Assembly: GCF_037042905.1 (NCBI RefSeq)
Contig: NC_087251.1
Coordinates: forward strand, 23,004,001 to 23,068,000
Direction of reading: 5' to 3'
Source: Lytechinus pictus
Lineage: Eukaryota
DNA length: 64,000 nt
The translations under genes and the position numbers were made by a program. The notes beneath the pieces are model-generated. The model did no database searches, was not told where the DNA came from, and saw only the letters and a list, made by a program, of their open reading frames with translations. Positions 48,771 through 62,103 of this stretch are shown here, in pieces. The first letter of the stretch is position 1; each line of letters begins with the position of its first letter.

Positions 48771-51700
48771 CTATATACCACATCAAAATATTTTTTTATA
48801 TTATTCGAGAGAAGTGACCCTTTCAGGATATGAATTCAATAGTATTGTGTTCATGACATGTTTCTTTTATTCAACTGGATATTTATTAGGTTTAATCAAT
48901 CTTTATAATGACCTATGGCCATGATATCCCCAATTAGATCAATGTCACTCATATATGCATACTTAGATGAAGTTTGAAGGTAAATCATCAAATGTATTTA
49001 AAGTCTAGTTATCACAAAAATGAAAAAAAGTACAGACAGCCTTCCACAAAAGAAGGATAAAACTTGTTTCCAAAAACATTATTTTACAAAACCACATGAA
49101 TACACATATAGCAATAGAAAATGCCTTCATTTGTAAAAGATGTCACGTAAGTCATTTTGAAACAAGAGCTCTATTTCTGATCACTAAGGATTTAAAAAAA
49201 GTAAAATAAAGTATTAAAAAAACTCATTGGAAAAAAAGTGAATTTGTAAAGTCATCCCCCAAAATATAGAGGGATGAATTCATGAATCATGACCTTCATT
49301 GAAATGTGATTCTTTTTTTCTTTGAAATTAAGACACTGCCCACCAAATAAATAACTATTCAAATGTTTTAATAACTCATGCATAAAGCAGGCATAAAATA
49401 AGTAACATCAAACAGAATAGGAGGATCTATTAAAAACTTCTTGTATTTTCTCTTCATATATCATAACAAGGGTTAAGTAATATTATGTTATGATAGACCA
49501 TTGATGACTCTGGATTTTCTTTTTTTCTGGGACTTTCTGCATGCATTCAACGGCTAATACATGAATTTAAAATTCCCTTTGTGGTTTTAGTACTCAAGCG
49601 CCCAATAAGAGAAACTATGGTAAAGCCAAGGTAATAGTATGCAGCACTAAGAAACAATACTTTCAGCACCATATAAATATGCATATTGTTATCATTCAAC
49701 ACTTACTTTTTCATTGTTTGTTGGATTTCAACAACCATTTGATCTTCTTTTTATTGTCTTTTGGTTGATTTTACTAGAAGTTTATTTCTCTCAAGCATAC
49801 AATGAAATTGTTACTTACATTATACATGGTTCTTGTGTAACATACAGGTCAAATCCTGTGCACAGATATGGTGTTTCATCAGAGTTGCACATACTATCCA
49901 GTGAAACAAAATGGCTCTCTATTAAGGAAAGTAATGTAAGTAGTAGTAGTATAGGGGAGAAAATGATACAAAAAATCATTTGCACAGCCATTCATTCAAA
50001 TATGCATTGAGAAAAAGAGAAGAATAAATCATTCAAATAGAAAATGAAGTCATGAATATAGATTAAAGGCATTAAGTAAACATTGATTTGACTTTCAAAG
50101 ATCTGAGCTGCAAGGTCCCACTTGTCACCTGTGTCTATGATATACTATAAACTTGAAGCCTAGAAAAATGCCACTTGAAAATCATTAAAGTGCTCAAAAA
50201 AGTGAAATATAAAGGGAGTCTACGAACACCGTCTTCATTTCATTCCATACACTAACATGTGTTATATTAATCTCCATTGGACATATAGTAAATTATGGTT
50301 TTTCAGTCTATTATGGACAAATTTAAGATATCGTGAAAGGGTCTGCACAAATTTGATGTTTTTTTCATCCCGGGTGTTTTTTCATCCATGTGAACAGTAT
50401 CATCTACAACATGAATCAAAGTAATTTGTAAACCAATACCATAAACTTGTTGGATGATTCATAACAGTTTCAAATTTGAACTTTCCATAAAGATAACAAT
50501 GTAAAGGGATGAATACTACCTTGACAAATAGGCCAGGCTCCTCCACCTTGACTATGAGCCACAAGGTCAATGCACTTCATTACAGCATGCTGGAGAGGGT
50601 TTTCCCCCTTGCCCGGTATGGACGATGTCATTGCCAGCGTGGTATCAGATGTTGGATCTACAATCAATGCACCTATAGCTTCCTACAATGAATACACAAA
50701 CAATACAATTACGGTACTTATAAACCTTGGCTTAACATGTAGATTATACATAATGCATATTGTGATATGATAAGAATGTTAACTCCAAATTATTTGTGAG
50801 AATGCTCTTGACTCTGTGTCTTTTGTTCGCACCATTACACACCCATAGACATGTTTCATTCGCTTTCTTGTAACACAACCACATATTTCCCATATAATGC
50901 CCCTTTGCCCTGTAATGACTGGGGTTTCCAGTATTTCATTTTTTAAATTTCCAATACTAGGAATGTAACGTTCTGCATATGATACGTGACATGATTGAAT
51001 TAAATGGTTGAATATGCATTCATTCCATATTTTTAACCTTTCAAGTAGAAAGAGCATGATATCACAGTTCATTCATCTAGTTTACATTCACTGTATCTGA
51101 TTTACACATGATTTGGGATACTTAATGTAAGCCTGTTGTTCTTCAAAGTAAAACCCTCAATACATCCTCATAAAGATAACTCAGATACCCAGGAAGTCAA
51201 CTGAAAGAGAGAAAGAGGGGGGAAATCAATAACCTTCCTAATGAACAATACCCAGGTTCAGGTTCACTGTTAGGAGCTATGACTCATAGCACCTATGTAA
51301 TAGAGGAGCTTTTATTGAAGACACTGGGGCTAGGTAGAAAGTTACCCTCTTTTCTTTTTTACATTATTGTATGGAGTTTTCTAGTCAGATTATCAAGATT
51401 TTTTAGAAGTGGAAAGCTGGTCTAATTATCTGTGCAAGTAAACTCACATGAAGTATGCAATAAACACAATAGGGCTCTATTAAATAATGCTTTGTTGCAA
51501 ATGTCATAACAAAATGGCATTAAAAAAAAGCATTGCAGACAGGACACTAGTATTCTGTTTAGAAACTTTATCAAAATACTCAATTAGTTTGCTACACAAC
51601 ATTTTGTTTCAGAACGTTAAGGTAAAAAAGTTGTAGCCCTCTACATAACAGACTCTACCCTGAAGAAAGGTTTGTTGCTGAAATAATGCAACAAACTGAG

Positions 51701-54700
51701 CAAAGAATTGAATGAGCCTTGCGTCTGAGATAACCCTGGCTATGGTCTGAAGGAAATGTGTATTACCTTGATATCAAATTGTGACCAAAGGGTTACAAAA
51801 TCCAAACTGAAATTAAATGTATCAGTATGTTATCTCACCAAATGAATATCACAAGATAATAATAATAATCCGCTTTTATAAAGCGTTTGATATATCGGAA
51901 TGACGTTTCTAAAATGTTCTGCAGTACCGGTAAAGTTGGGCGAGAAAGAGAAATCTATGAAGCAAAAACAGGCTTCTCAGAAAAAAATTCTGGCTTATAA
52001 ATGAAGATATAAAACAATGTAGCAGAGTGATGTAATTTACATCACACATTATAAAAATAAAATGACAGCATGATATACAATTCACGTAATTGCACTTCTG
52101 CTCATTCATAAATTCCAAAACCATGATCTCATTTAACATATGAAAAGGGAGGGGGTACACTATCATGACCAGAACTGTTAACCCGAACAGGACTAAGAGG
52201 GGACAATCATGCCCCCCCTCCCCCCCCCCAACGCCTCGCATGATCATTCAGAAACAGACAAAGATAGTGCCGTTAAATTTTCTGACTTCTTTCTTTGAAG
52301 TCTCATGCAACTTTTGAGACCATTCTCGTGACCTACAGGTAAAGCATTGCAACATGTCATGACTTTTTATGAGATGTTATGCCAAATATAGCTCATTTAT
52401 GTACAAATTCAATGGGATATGAAATTCTTAAAAAGGTTATTACTTTACTTTCTAATTGGTCTGCTTAACTAATTTAGGGCTATGTTTATTTGTTAAATGA
52501 ACAGTGATGATTCTAATTGAAAAAAAAGGAAAAAAAGATGAAATCACAAGGATAAAAATATTATAAAATCAAATAAGGAAATATTTGGCTTTCATAATTT
52601 GCTGTTGAAATCCATACATAAAAGTTCAAAGATGACCTCTGATTTTGGCGAGATTGTGTGAACTGCGGCCAAGATCAGAAACGGGGGGAAGGGGGTAAGC
52701 AATCATGGCCCCTCCCCCAGTCCTCAATACATCTCAAATAGAGTAGTCCTTTTAGGGTTAAGGGTGACTGCAGTCTGCAAATACTAAATTATGATTCAAA
52801 TAAATATGACCTTTCCTACCTTCCCATTTATTGTAGCTTCGTCAGCTTTTCTTATAGCTTTTAGAATATTTTTGTAAACACTTTCCCTGTCTGATGATGA
52901 AAAGTTTTCTCCGGAAAGAAGTCTGCTGAGTCTGTCGGAAATCAGTAATAGACATATCAAAAGGAAGATCAATTGCATCATTTTCACAAAATAATCACAA
53001 CAAAGTACAACTTTGAGTAACGCTTGAATTTCAAAGGTGAATTAAAATGAGGTTAATTATTAGATTTACAGGTACATAATTCTGAGATCAGGAATTCATC
53101 TCGACTAAATATGACATACAGAAAGTAAACTGTCTTGATGATGAAAATCAAATTTCATACAGTTTTACTGGTCAACTGCACTTGGCTATTCCATATGAAT
53201 CATTTCACAAAACATGAATTCTCAGAGAACCTGGTGTTGTCATACTGTATTGACTTCATATAAACTGTAATTATGGTAAAAGCCATTTCTGATTATCAGC
53301 ATGAGCTTGTACTCAGGACCGAAGAAGGGGGTGGGGGTAGCTTGAACTTTTTATAATACGGAGTTCTTTGGTAAAAGTTGTACTTGGAATGAGAAAAGAA
53401 GGACTGTGTTACTGTTTTTGGCCAATATACACCCATACATATGTATTTTGTACAAAATCAAGGTAAATAATGACTGGAAATTTAAGTGAAACACCAGTAA
53501 CAAGGGGTTTCCTGATCAATCATTGTTGCAGCTTTGAATATAGTTGCAACATCGGATCAGGAACATACCAATCATCGTTGAGTGAAGGAAATCACTTACT
53601 CTTTGTCTTCATGATATGCGGTAGGCCAGTATTTGGATGCCTCTGCAAATTGAGCTTTGGTCTGAGGAGCAACTCTAGGAATGTATGCAATGAAAGGGTC
53701 TCCTAAAAGTTCTTTGTTGATGTCACCATCCACAATCACTGAAGATGATTTATCTATGATGGGCAATGTGACCTTATTGCTCTCACAAAGGATGACCTGT
53801 AACTCATCTGGGATGGAAACAAATTGTAATAACATTTTACTTTTTTTGGATTTAGGTACATGAAAGTATAATCTACTTCATTCAATCTATATTCTTGATA
53901 ACATAAGTAGGATAATAATTCAATTAGCCAAAAATTCATTGGTTTCCGAAAGGATGATCTGTAACTACCCCAGACAAAACAATTCAAATCTCAATGTTTT
54001 CAATGATGTTTTCCACTTACAATGTACTTCTTAAGTAAAATTCATCATTCTATTTTGCAAGAATTAATCCCCTAAATAATAATGTATAGTTTAATTCTAA
54101 TCGAGTGTTCTAATGTGTGTTACTTTATACAGATATAATTTTCAAAGTTAAATTCACATTTCTTGAGGATATAGTATAATAGGTTAATGAGTCAAGTTGA
54201 AGTTGACCATCAAACAGCTATTGTTTTTTTTTTAATGGGTGACTTCCAAAAAACCTCTCTAACCCAAGACATTGGACCTTGATACCCCAAGACCAAGCAG
54301 ATAATTGTCCTTCCATCATACATGTACTACAGGAATTGAGTTTAAAGTTGATCCATCACACATATTTAAGTTATCACAAGAAACAGATAGCTAAATGGAG
54401 GAAAGGTAATAGGGGACTCTGATCTTGTTTGTTTATTTGCTTTTATTGCTGTGTTCAAAATATTACAATATTAAATGTGACATAATTATATGCAATATAA
54501 TCCATAACATAAACAATACAATCATAATATATAATGAATACAAAATAACGATTCGAGCATAAAGTTGACTTTCAATAATAATATTTAATGAACGCAGGAC
54601 ACCACCATCGTGAGATCTAAAGTAGTGCCTTTGCAGATTAATCATGACACATTTACCTTTATTATCACTTCCATTCTTAATTGTCTGCTTGCGTACTCGT

Positions 54701-57700
54701 TTGATGTGTGACAGACCCTCTAAAGGATATACATCTGAAAGTTTCCTAGATAATGATAATTAATGAATAATCAATCTTGTTTTTAGTCAAACAACATATT
54801 CATTTGAGTGCCCATAATGATTGGTCTCTGGTGGCTTTTGACAGTTTTGTCCCCTTCTTTAGTTTTCAATTTTTTGAAAAGTTGCCTTGCCCAAAAATCA
54901 TTGTAATTCAAGGCAAGGAAATAAGCCTTCCGAAGCTATGTCTTGGAATTCAGTATGTACCAGTGCAAGTATGAGGAGACTCAGGAGAGTACAAAGTATT
55001 ACAGGTAAGTATGAAAGTAGAATTACAAGTGGGGATCAAAGGCCCACAGTCAGTAGGGTTACACTTCGTAATTCCGAAGGTTCTTTATTCCGAAGGTTCG
55101 TAATTCCGAAACACGTAAATTGCCTATACCTCGATGTTCGTTAATCCGAAAACATAAAAGGGTTCGTTAATCCGAACATTTGTGGCGTTATTCCGAAGGT
55201 TCGTTATTCAGAAGGTTCGATAATCCGAAAACGAAATAAGGTTTGTTGTTCCGAAGGTTCGTTAATCCGAAAACAAAATAAGGTTCGTTGTTCCGAAGGT
55301 TCGTTAGTCCGAAAACGAAATAAGATTCGTTAATCATTTCGTTTTCGGATTAACAAACCTTCGGAATTACGAACCTTCGGAAATATGAACCTCTGGGATA
55401 ACGAACCTTCGGAATATCCGAACCTTCGGAATAACGAAGCTTCGGAATTACGAATGTATGCCAGTCAGTAGGACCAACAGGTCAAAAAATTATAGAATAC
55501 AAGAGGAGCATTCTTAATTAACAAGTGGAATGCCTCTGGCCGTCTCACCTGCATCACGCGATTCAATATAGCAGCAGTGCTGATTTTGAAAACTACTATA
55601 ACTCGCACAAGATGTTCAGTGATACTTGGTTACTCTTATTTCCACGTTTTATGAACTAGACCAATACACTTATAGAGATATGATGGCAATTCAACAAATA
55701 CCCCCAACGTGGCCAAAGTTCTTTGACCTTACATGACCTTTGACCTTGATCATGTGACCTGAAACTCGCACAGGATGTTCAGTGATACTTGATTACTATT
55801 ATGTCCAAGTTTTATGAACTAGACCAACACACTTTCAAATTTATGGCTGTAATTCAACAAATACCCCAATTTGGCCAAAGTTCATTGACCCTAAATGACC
55901 TTTGACCTTGATCATGTGACCTGAAACTTGCACAGGATGTTCAGTAATACTTGATTACTATTATGTCCAAGTTTCATGAATCAGATCCATAAACTTTCAA
56001 AGTTATGATGGTAATTCAACAGATACCCCCAATTCGGCCAAAGTTCATTGACCCTAAATGACCTTTGACCTTGGTCATGTGACGTGAAACTCATGCAGGA
56101 TGTTCAGTGATACTTGATTAACCTTATGTATAAGTTTCATGAACTAGGTCCATATATTTTCTAAGTTATGATGACATTTCAAAAACTTAACCTTAGGTTA
56201 AGATTTTGATGTTGATTCCCCCAACATGGTCTAAGTTCATTGACCCTAAATGACCTTTGACCTTGGTCATGTGACATGAAACTCAGGCAGGATGTTCAGT
56301 AATACTTGATTAACCTTATGGCCGAGTTTCATGAACTAGGTCCATATACTTTCTAAGTTATGCTGTCATTTCAAAAACTTAACCTCAGGTTAAGATTTGG
56401 TGTTGACGCCGCCGCCGCCGTCGCCGCCGCCGTCGGAAAAGCGGCGCCTATAGTCTCACTCTGCTATGCAGGTGAGACAATAAAACCAAAAAATAATTAC
56501 AATAGCAATACCTGAGTATGAAGCTTGTCTTTTTCTTGTCCAGAATGGCTGCAGCATACACAGAAACTGTAGTATCATAGGAATGATAGAAGAAAAAAAG
56601 AGATACCGGTACACTAATTCACAATTAGGCTGATCTTTAATTGTAAGGGCGGCTAATTTAAAGGACAAGTCCACCCCAACAAAAAGTCGATCCAAATAAA
56701 AAGAGAAAAATCCAACAAGCATAACACTGAAAATTTCATAATAATAATAATAATACCAACATGCTTATATAGCGCATATCACTGCCAAATGCGTCCCTAT
56801 GCGCTTTTAAAGGAGACAGAAAAGGCAAAGAAAAAAAATAAGAAATTTGCTGGAAAATTGTGGCACTAACTCATTTAAAAGTCTTTTTGAATAAACATGT
56901 TTTCAAAGTGGATTTAAACTTGGGTGGAGAAGAGTTCTTTACATATGATGGGGTGGTATTCCAAAGTGAAGGGGCAGCGTGGGCAAAGGATCGTTCTCCA
57001 TAAAACTTGGTCTGAACACAAGGACAATTTAAAAGATCCTTTTGAGCTGATCGAAGATTACGAGATGGCACATACTTAACTGAACAATCAATAAGATATT
57101 TTGGAGCCATTGCGTGGAGGCACTGATAAGTTACAAGCAGTAATTTAATATTACACGTGACTGGACTGGGAGCCAATGTAGTAATTTTAAGACAGGTGTG
57201 ATGTGGAAATATTTTTTAGTACGGAAGACTAGTCGTGCTGCAGAGTTTTGAATTACTTGTAATTTGTTAATTTGGGAATCGGGCATCCTATAGAGTAAAC
57301 TATTGCAGTAATCTAAATGACATATTACAAGAGCCTGGACAAGCTGCTTGGTAGTCTTTGCATCTAAGAATTGCCAAACTCTACCAAATTTACATAGAGC
57401 AAAAGATGCTGATTTACATTTTGCAGCAACAAACTTGTTCATGACCATATTTTCATCAAATATCACACCTAGGTTTCTGGCTGTTGACGTGGGCATAATT
57501 GATCATGTATCAAACTTAACAACTGGAAGTCTCATACTTCTGCGAAAACGAGATGACAGATGTAAAATCTCTGTTTTCTGATCATTCAATTTCAGACCAT
57601 TTGCTGTGGACCACTGTTTGATCTCTCTTATACATTTTTCTACTTGGGAGATTGCATCATCAATGTTACATGGTTTAAAAGAAACATATACTTGTGTGTC

Positions 57701-58686
57701 ATCAGCATAACACATCCTAGATAATCCATTATACGCTATCACATCATATAAAGGAGATGAGAACATGGTAAATAACAGCGGACCTACCACTGAACCTTGG
57801 GGTACGCCTATACAAGGCTCATGAACTGAAGACTCTAACCCGTTTATTACTACTCTCTGTTTTCTTTGAGTCAAATATGATTCAAACCACCTATCTAAAT
57901 CGGATGTAAAATAAGAAAGTTATGACATTTTAAAGTTTCGCTTAATTTCACAAAACATTTATATGCACATCCTGGCTGGTATGCAAATGAGGAGACTATG
58001 ATGTCATCCACTCACTATTTCTTTTGTATTTTATTATATGAAATATTCTAATTTTCTTCTCATTGTCAAGTGATACGATTAATTCTTCCCTGAACATGTG
58101 GAATTAATTGTTTAATACTATATGGTTCAGTCAAGTTGGTCCTTATTGTAAAATCTATAAAAAATGAAATATTGTATAATTCGAACAATAAAAAAAAAAT
58201 AGTGAGTGGTGGACATCATCGACTGACTCACCAAGTTGTGCTTTTCACTATTTTGTGAATAATAAATTTTAAAATGTCATAACTTTCTTATTTTACATCC
58301 GATTTTGATGAAATTTTCAGCACTATGCTAGTTTGATTTTTCTCTATTTATTCAAGTCAGCATTTCCTGGGGTGGACTTGACCTTTAATAAAAAAAATGT
58401 TGACATCCTACATTTGTATTCTGTGCTGTAGACAGAAGCATACCAAGGTCGATGAATACTTCGGACAGTTCATTAAACGTGGCTGCATGTTTTAAAAGAA
58501 AAGTGTAATATTTCTTCCTCAAATTCACGATGGAATTGGTATGTAATATTTTTTCATTAGTTAGGAAAAATATCCTACAGAAGAATTGTTTGTACTACAT
58601 ATGAATAGATAAAATGACATGGATTGATAGATACCCAAGGGAACTGGCGCTGAAACATGATCAGGTAGAACTGGTATAATCCTCAT
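48596..58686 (-). CDS. ADAT3: tRNA-specific adenosine-34 deaminase, non-catalytic subunit (ADAT3/TAD3), ~317 aa, 8 coding exons
   Basis: Exons 58686-58635, 56566-56512, 54745-54657, 53807-53600, 52931-52820, 50682-50520, 49918-49819, 48770-48596 are all GT-AG and frame-consistent. Motifs HIKRVR, WPTAYH, PLQHAVM (Val for catalytic Glu), [27 protein letters not shown], LNHRY. The start is uncertain because the exon frame is open to its acceptor at 58721. Confidence 0.93.
49819..49918 (-). CDS. ADAT3: ADAT3 exon
   Basis: [34 protein letters not shown]; donor gtaagt. Confidence 0.92.
50520..50682 (-). CDS. ADAT3: ADAT3 exon
   Basis: EAIGALIVDP...NPLQHAVMKCIDLVAHSQGGGAW. Confidence 0.92.
52182..52757. 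mobile_element. Degenerate piggyBac-type MITE
   Basis: TTAA-cccgaacaggacta ... tagtccttttaggg-TTAA; subterminal caatcatg.cccc motifs. Confidence 0.6.
52820..52931 (-). CDS. ADAT3: ADAT3 exon
   Basis: LSRLLSGENFSSSDRESVYKNILKAIRKADEATINGK; phase 2-0. Confidence 0.85.
53600..53807 (-). CDS. ADAT3: ADAT3 exon
   Basis: DELQVILC...IPRVAPQTKAQFAEASKYWPTAYHEDK. Confidence 0.9.
54657..54745 (-). CDS. ADAT3: ADAT3 exon
   Basis: KLSDVYPLEGLSHIKRVRKQTIKNGSDNK. Confidence 0.88.
55057..55462. mobile_element. Foldback-type non-autonomous element with 9-bp TSD (Mutator/MULE-like)
   Basis: TSD agtcagtag at 55048-55056 and 55463-55471; arms built from ttccgaaggttcg subrepeats in inverted orientation; GG...CC termini. 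Confidence 0.8.
55520..56482 (+). mobile_element. Apparently complete Helentron/HINE-like element with ~162-bp internal tandem repeats
   Basis: Starts aacaag; subterminal IR gtctcacctgcat (55542-55554) pairs with atgcaggtgagac (56466-56478); terminal gtctcac/gtgagac hairpin; (GCC)n; core units at ~55713, 55875, 56038, 56232. Confidence 0.8.
56512..56566 (-). CDS. ADAT3: ADAT3 exon
   Basis: VSVYAAAILDKKKTSFIL; phase 1-2. Confidence 0.85.
56662..58384. mobile_element. TTAA-flanked palindromic MITE interrupted by a LINE
   Basis: TTAA-aggacaagtccacccca ... tggggtggacttgacct-TTAA; left arm resumes at ~57893 and mirrors 58267-58320. Confidence 0.8.
56740..57892 (-). mobile_element. 5'-truncated, frameshifted L2/CR1-group LINE
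   Basis: GVPQGSVVGPLLF, YADDTQ, LKLNDQKTE, LDYCNSLL, LHWLP split over three ORFs; (TAA)n tail at 56740. Confidence 0.92.
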
Positions 58687-58721
58687 GTTTTCTTCCTTCT
58701 GAGTGCTTTTCAGTCTTGAAT
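58635..58721 (-). CDS. ADAT3: ADAT3 first recognisable exon (ATG at 58686)
   Basis: tacag acceptor; (DSRLKSTQKEEN)MRIIPVLPDHVSAPVPL; G|gtatct. Confidence 0.7.
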
Positions 58722-58912
58722 CTGTACAAAAAAATGATAAACAAAGTACATGACGTTGTTGGCTTCATAATAGGAATACATTTCCACCAAGATTTGAAAC
58801 TCTAGTTGACTTCAATTACTTTATTATTTGTTATCCGATTTTGATGAAATTTTCAGCATTTTGCTCAGTGAATTGAAGATATAAATATTTTTAGCCCGGA
58901 CCATCCCTTTAA

Positions 58913-59510
58913 AGGGATGGTCCAGGCTGGAGATATCTATATCTCAATATATAGAGTAAAATTCACAAAGCAAAATGCTGAAAATTTCATCAAAATCAGA
59001 TAACAAATAACGAAGTTATTGAATTTTAAAGTTAAGCAATATTTTGTGAAAATAGTTATATGCACATCGCCATGAATATTCATTAGGTGGGCTGATGATG
59101 TCACATCCCCACTTTCCTTATCTCATTACCGGTACATAAATCATAATTGTTTCATTTTTTCATAAATGTGTAAATGATGTGTCTCCATTATGATGAAATA
59201 AGTTGCAGCAATAAATAACTAATGCACTTAATCAGTTGTCAATCCGATTGTTTTAGTTCTTGATAAAATTTTTTTGAATAAACCTAATTTCATATAATAC
59301 AATACAAAAGAATAAGTGGGGATATGACATCATCAGCCCACCTAATAAATATTCATAAAGAAATTGCCTAGAACTTTTTCACCGGAATAATGCAAATCTT
59401 TAAAAATTCAATAACTTTGTTATCCAATTTTGATCAAATTTTCAGCATTTTGCTCTGTGAATTTTACTTTATTTATTGAGATATAAATATTTCCAACCTG
59501 GACCATCCCT
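58913..59510. mobile_element. TTAA-flanked palindromic MITE
   Basis: TTAA-agggatggtccagg ... cctggaccatccct-TTAA; long imperfect inverted arms. Confidence 0.85.
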
Positions 59511-59874
59511 TTAAAGAAAAAACAAGCATTTTGGAGCAACATTGACTTTGTCTCCAAAATACTCGGTTTGTGTGGGCCTATGGCATCCCGTCCTCCCAGG
59601 CTCCATCCATGGAGAGTAAGCCTACGTAGTAGACTGGGGCCGATTGCAAGAACGGGTCTTTGCAAGAACCGTCTTTCATGTCGCCCATTTGTTATGATGC
59701 GCCATGTGAAACACATTCGAAATAAATTACCTGCAAACACTTTATCCGTTAAAGTAAACAAAGTCTATTACACTTACAGCTTTGCCTTTGCTTACAAAAT
59801 GATGTGATATCATGAAATTTTATACAAATTGATTTAAATGCTAGCTAACAAAAGACCCTTTCATGTAATCGGCC

Positions 59875-60358
59875 CCCGGGGGGGGGGGGGGGCACTCAGT
59901 ATATATTGCATAGTGGGTATGTGCCGCGGAGGGGACCCCCATTTTTACACTCAAATTTCCGTTCCAAGGCATAGCATTTTTAGTCTTATTGAGAAAAAGA
60001 ACAAAGAAAGCCGCTCCAAAGCATATCATTTTCTTCTTATTGAGAAAAAAGAAGAAAGAAATCCGCTCCAAAGCTTCGCATATTTTCCGTTATGACGTTC
60101 CAGCCGTATTACTATTGATCTGCTACAATGAGCCGCAATTTTGGTGAAAAGCGGCCGCAGAGCGCTGTCCGACCATCGCATCAGCGCTTGCGCACCCGGG
60201 CCGCCGGGCTAGCTGCATGCACGTATGCCCGTTCCATAGGGATGAATACACGCAATCACACGCAGGCGACCCAATCCAAGGACCCCCGTTTTCACAAACG
60301 TTTGTCGTTCCGAGGACCCTCCTTTAGTTTTACAATAAGCCCGCTCCAAGGCCCCCCG
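59875..60358. mobile_element. Probable left part of a non-autonomous DNA transposon
   Basis: Begins cccggggg(G)n cactc; repeated gacccc and ccgctccaa motifs; GC-rich island ending abruptly; no partner end in the window. Confidence 0.4.
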
Positions 60359-62103
60359 ACAATAAAAAGGGAGAAATTACCACATCAGATTGGGATGCAA
60401 AATGAACACCTTTATTCAACAAGGCCTAGGCTGAACATGCCGGCTAATATTTATACAATCATATGGTAGCTTCAAACAAACCAAACACAAACATTGGCGT
60501 AATACATTCTTCTTTCTTCCATCTTCATCTATGGAAAGCGAATTACCCAAACACTGTGCTGCACCGAATTACAAGCACTACATTCTGGACTAAACAACCC
60601 TACAAATCGCATGATTCGAGTATCTAAAATAGTTCAAGTATTTCACTAGAAATCTGCATAAAAAGCACAAACTAGTATGTAACAACACTGCATGTATGGC
60701 CATGAACATGTTAAACAACAAACCTACACAATCAAGTAAAAAAAATACAATACACGTATCTGCATAACTCTAGTTAGACTAGTATACTACAAAAGGCAAT
60801 AGCTAATATAAATATGCAAGTTTAAAGGCATGTAAACTGTTCATTAACGTTAAATGAACAAACAATACCTACAACAACCAATATACAAATGCTTCTTCGT
60901 CCATCAACTTCTTACCGTGCATGACCACAAAAAAAATTACACAAAGGCCAAACATATGCTTAAAAAAAATACATCTATAAGGTATTTCTAAATTGACCAA
61001 TATCTACTCACATTTCCATAACAGCGTGCCATTACAGGTAAACACAATAGTCAACCAATAAATCCGAATCAAAAGTTATTCCTTCCAATAGTTAAAAAAA
61101 TGATGATCCATATTACTATCCCTCTTAATAAAAACAAATTATACACAGTAACCATAAACCAAAATTCAAAACCGTAAAATTCAGGCATGTCGTGAAAAAC
61201 AGTTCTCTCTTCCACTTGACCTACACTGATAAACCGTGTAAACAAGCTGAAACACATCTTAACTATGATATGCACTGTTGTGCCACCTGTATATCATAAT
61301 TGTAAGGAACAATACAAAACAGGTACCTGTAACAGGGCGTATACAAGCTAAAAAACAAGTAAAACCAAATCTAAAAGGCATAAACACAAATTATGCACAT
61401 GAAAACAGCTACACCATGGAGCGAAAAGGTGCGATCAAATATACTGGAAATATCACAAATGAGGCCTTCATGTACATAAACCTGTCAACAATAAAAATCA
61501 AGAGTTAAAATCTAAACTATCAGTATTAAACAAAACAATAGCATAAAATTCCATTATGTAATAAGCTTACGGCTTACATCAGTATCCCAAAATAACAATA
61601 GCACAATCATAACAAACAAAAATATCTCACTCAAGGAATATTTACAATTTTTTTTACACAACTTCACTGGTCAGTGTTAAGTCCAATAAAAACTTACACG
61701 AGTACCCTTGGCTATTGTAAAAAAAAATAACAAAATGTATGACAAAAATAACCAACATAAATAACTGTACAGAAATTAAACTATATGTGTACAACTGGAG
61801 GCCCACTGCACCACCAACTGGTAAAAATAAAAAAAACGACATCAAACTGGACAAGATTAAAACATGTCTAAAATACTAACAGATCATGTGGTTATGGCAT
61901 TAACATTAAACATGATAAAAAAACCAACAAAAACACTGTCATAAATATACAAAGACAAAGATTACAAATCGACAAGGAATAAATCACCATCAATATAGTC
62001 AATAACTGCGAATGTTCGAAAAAAGAGTAACAGCGGTCAAGTGAAAACAGTAAAAATAGTCCAACAATTCTTGCGGCGTAGAATGCAATGTGACCGGCTG
62101 CTG

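Noticed and set aside
55057..55462. CRISPR-like array of short repeats
   Set aside because: No unique spacers, repeats invert midway, flanked by a TSD, eukaryotic intron context, no cas genes.
59420..59800. Upstream coding exon of ADAT3
   Set aside because: Donor-like sites exist (59730, 59777) but no ATG-initiated frame connects convincingly; it could be 5' UTR.
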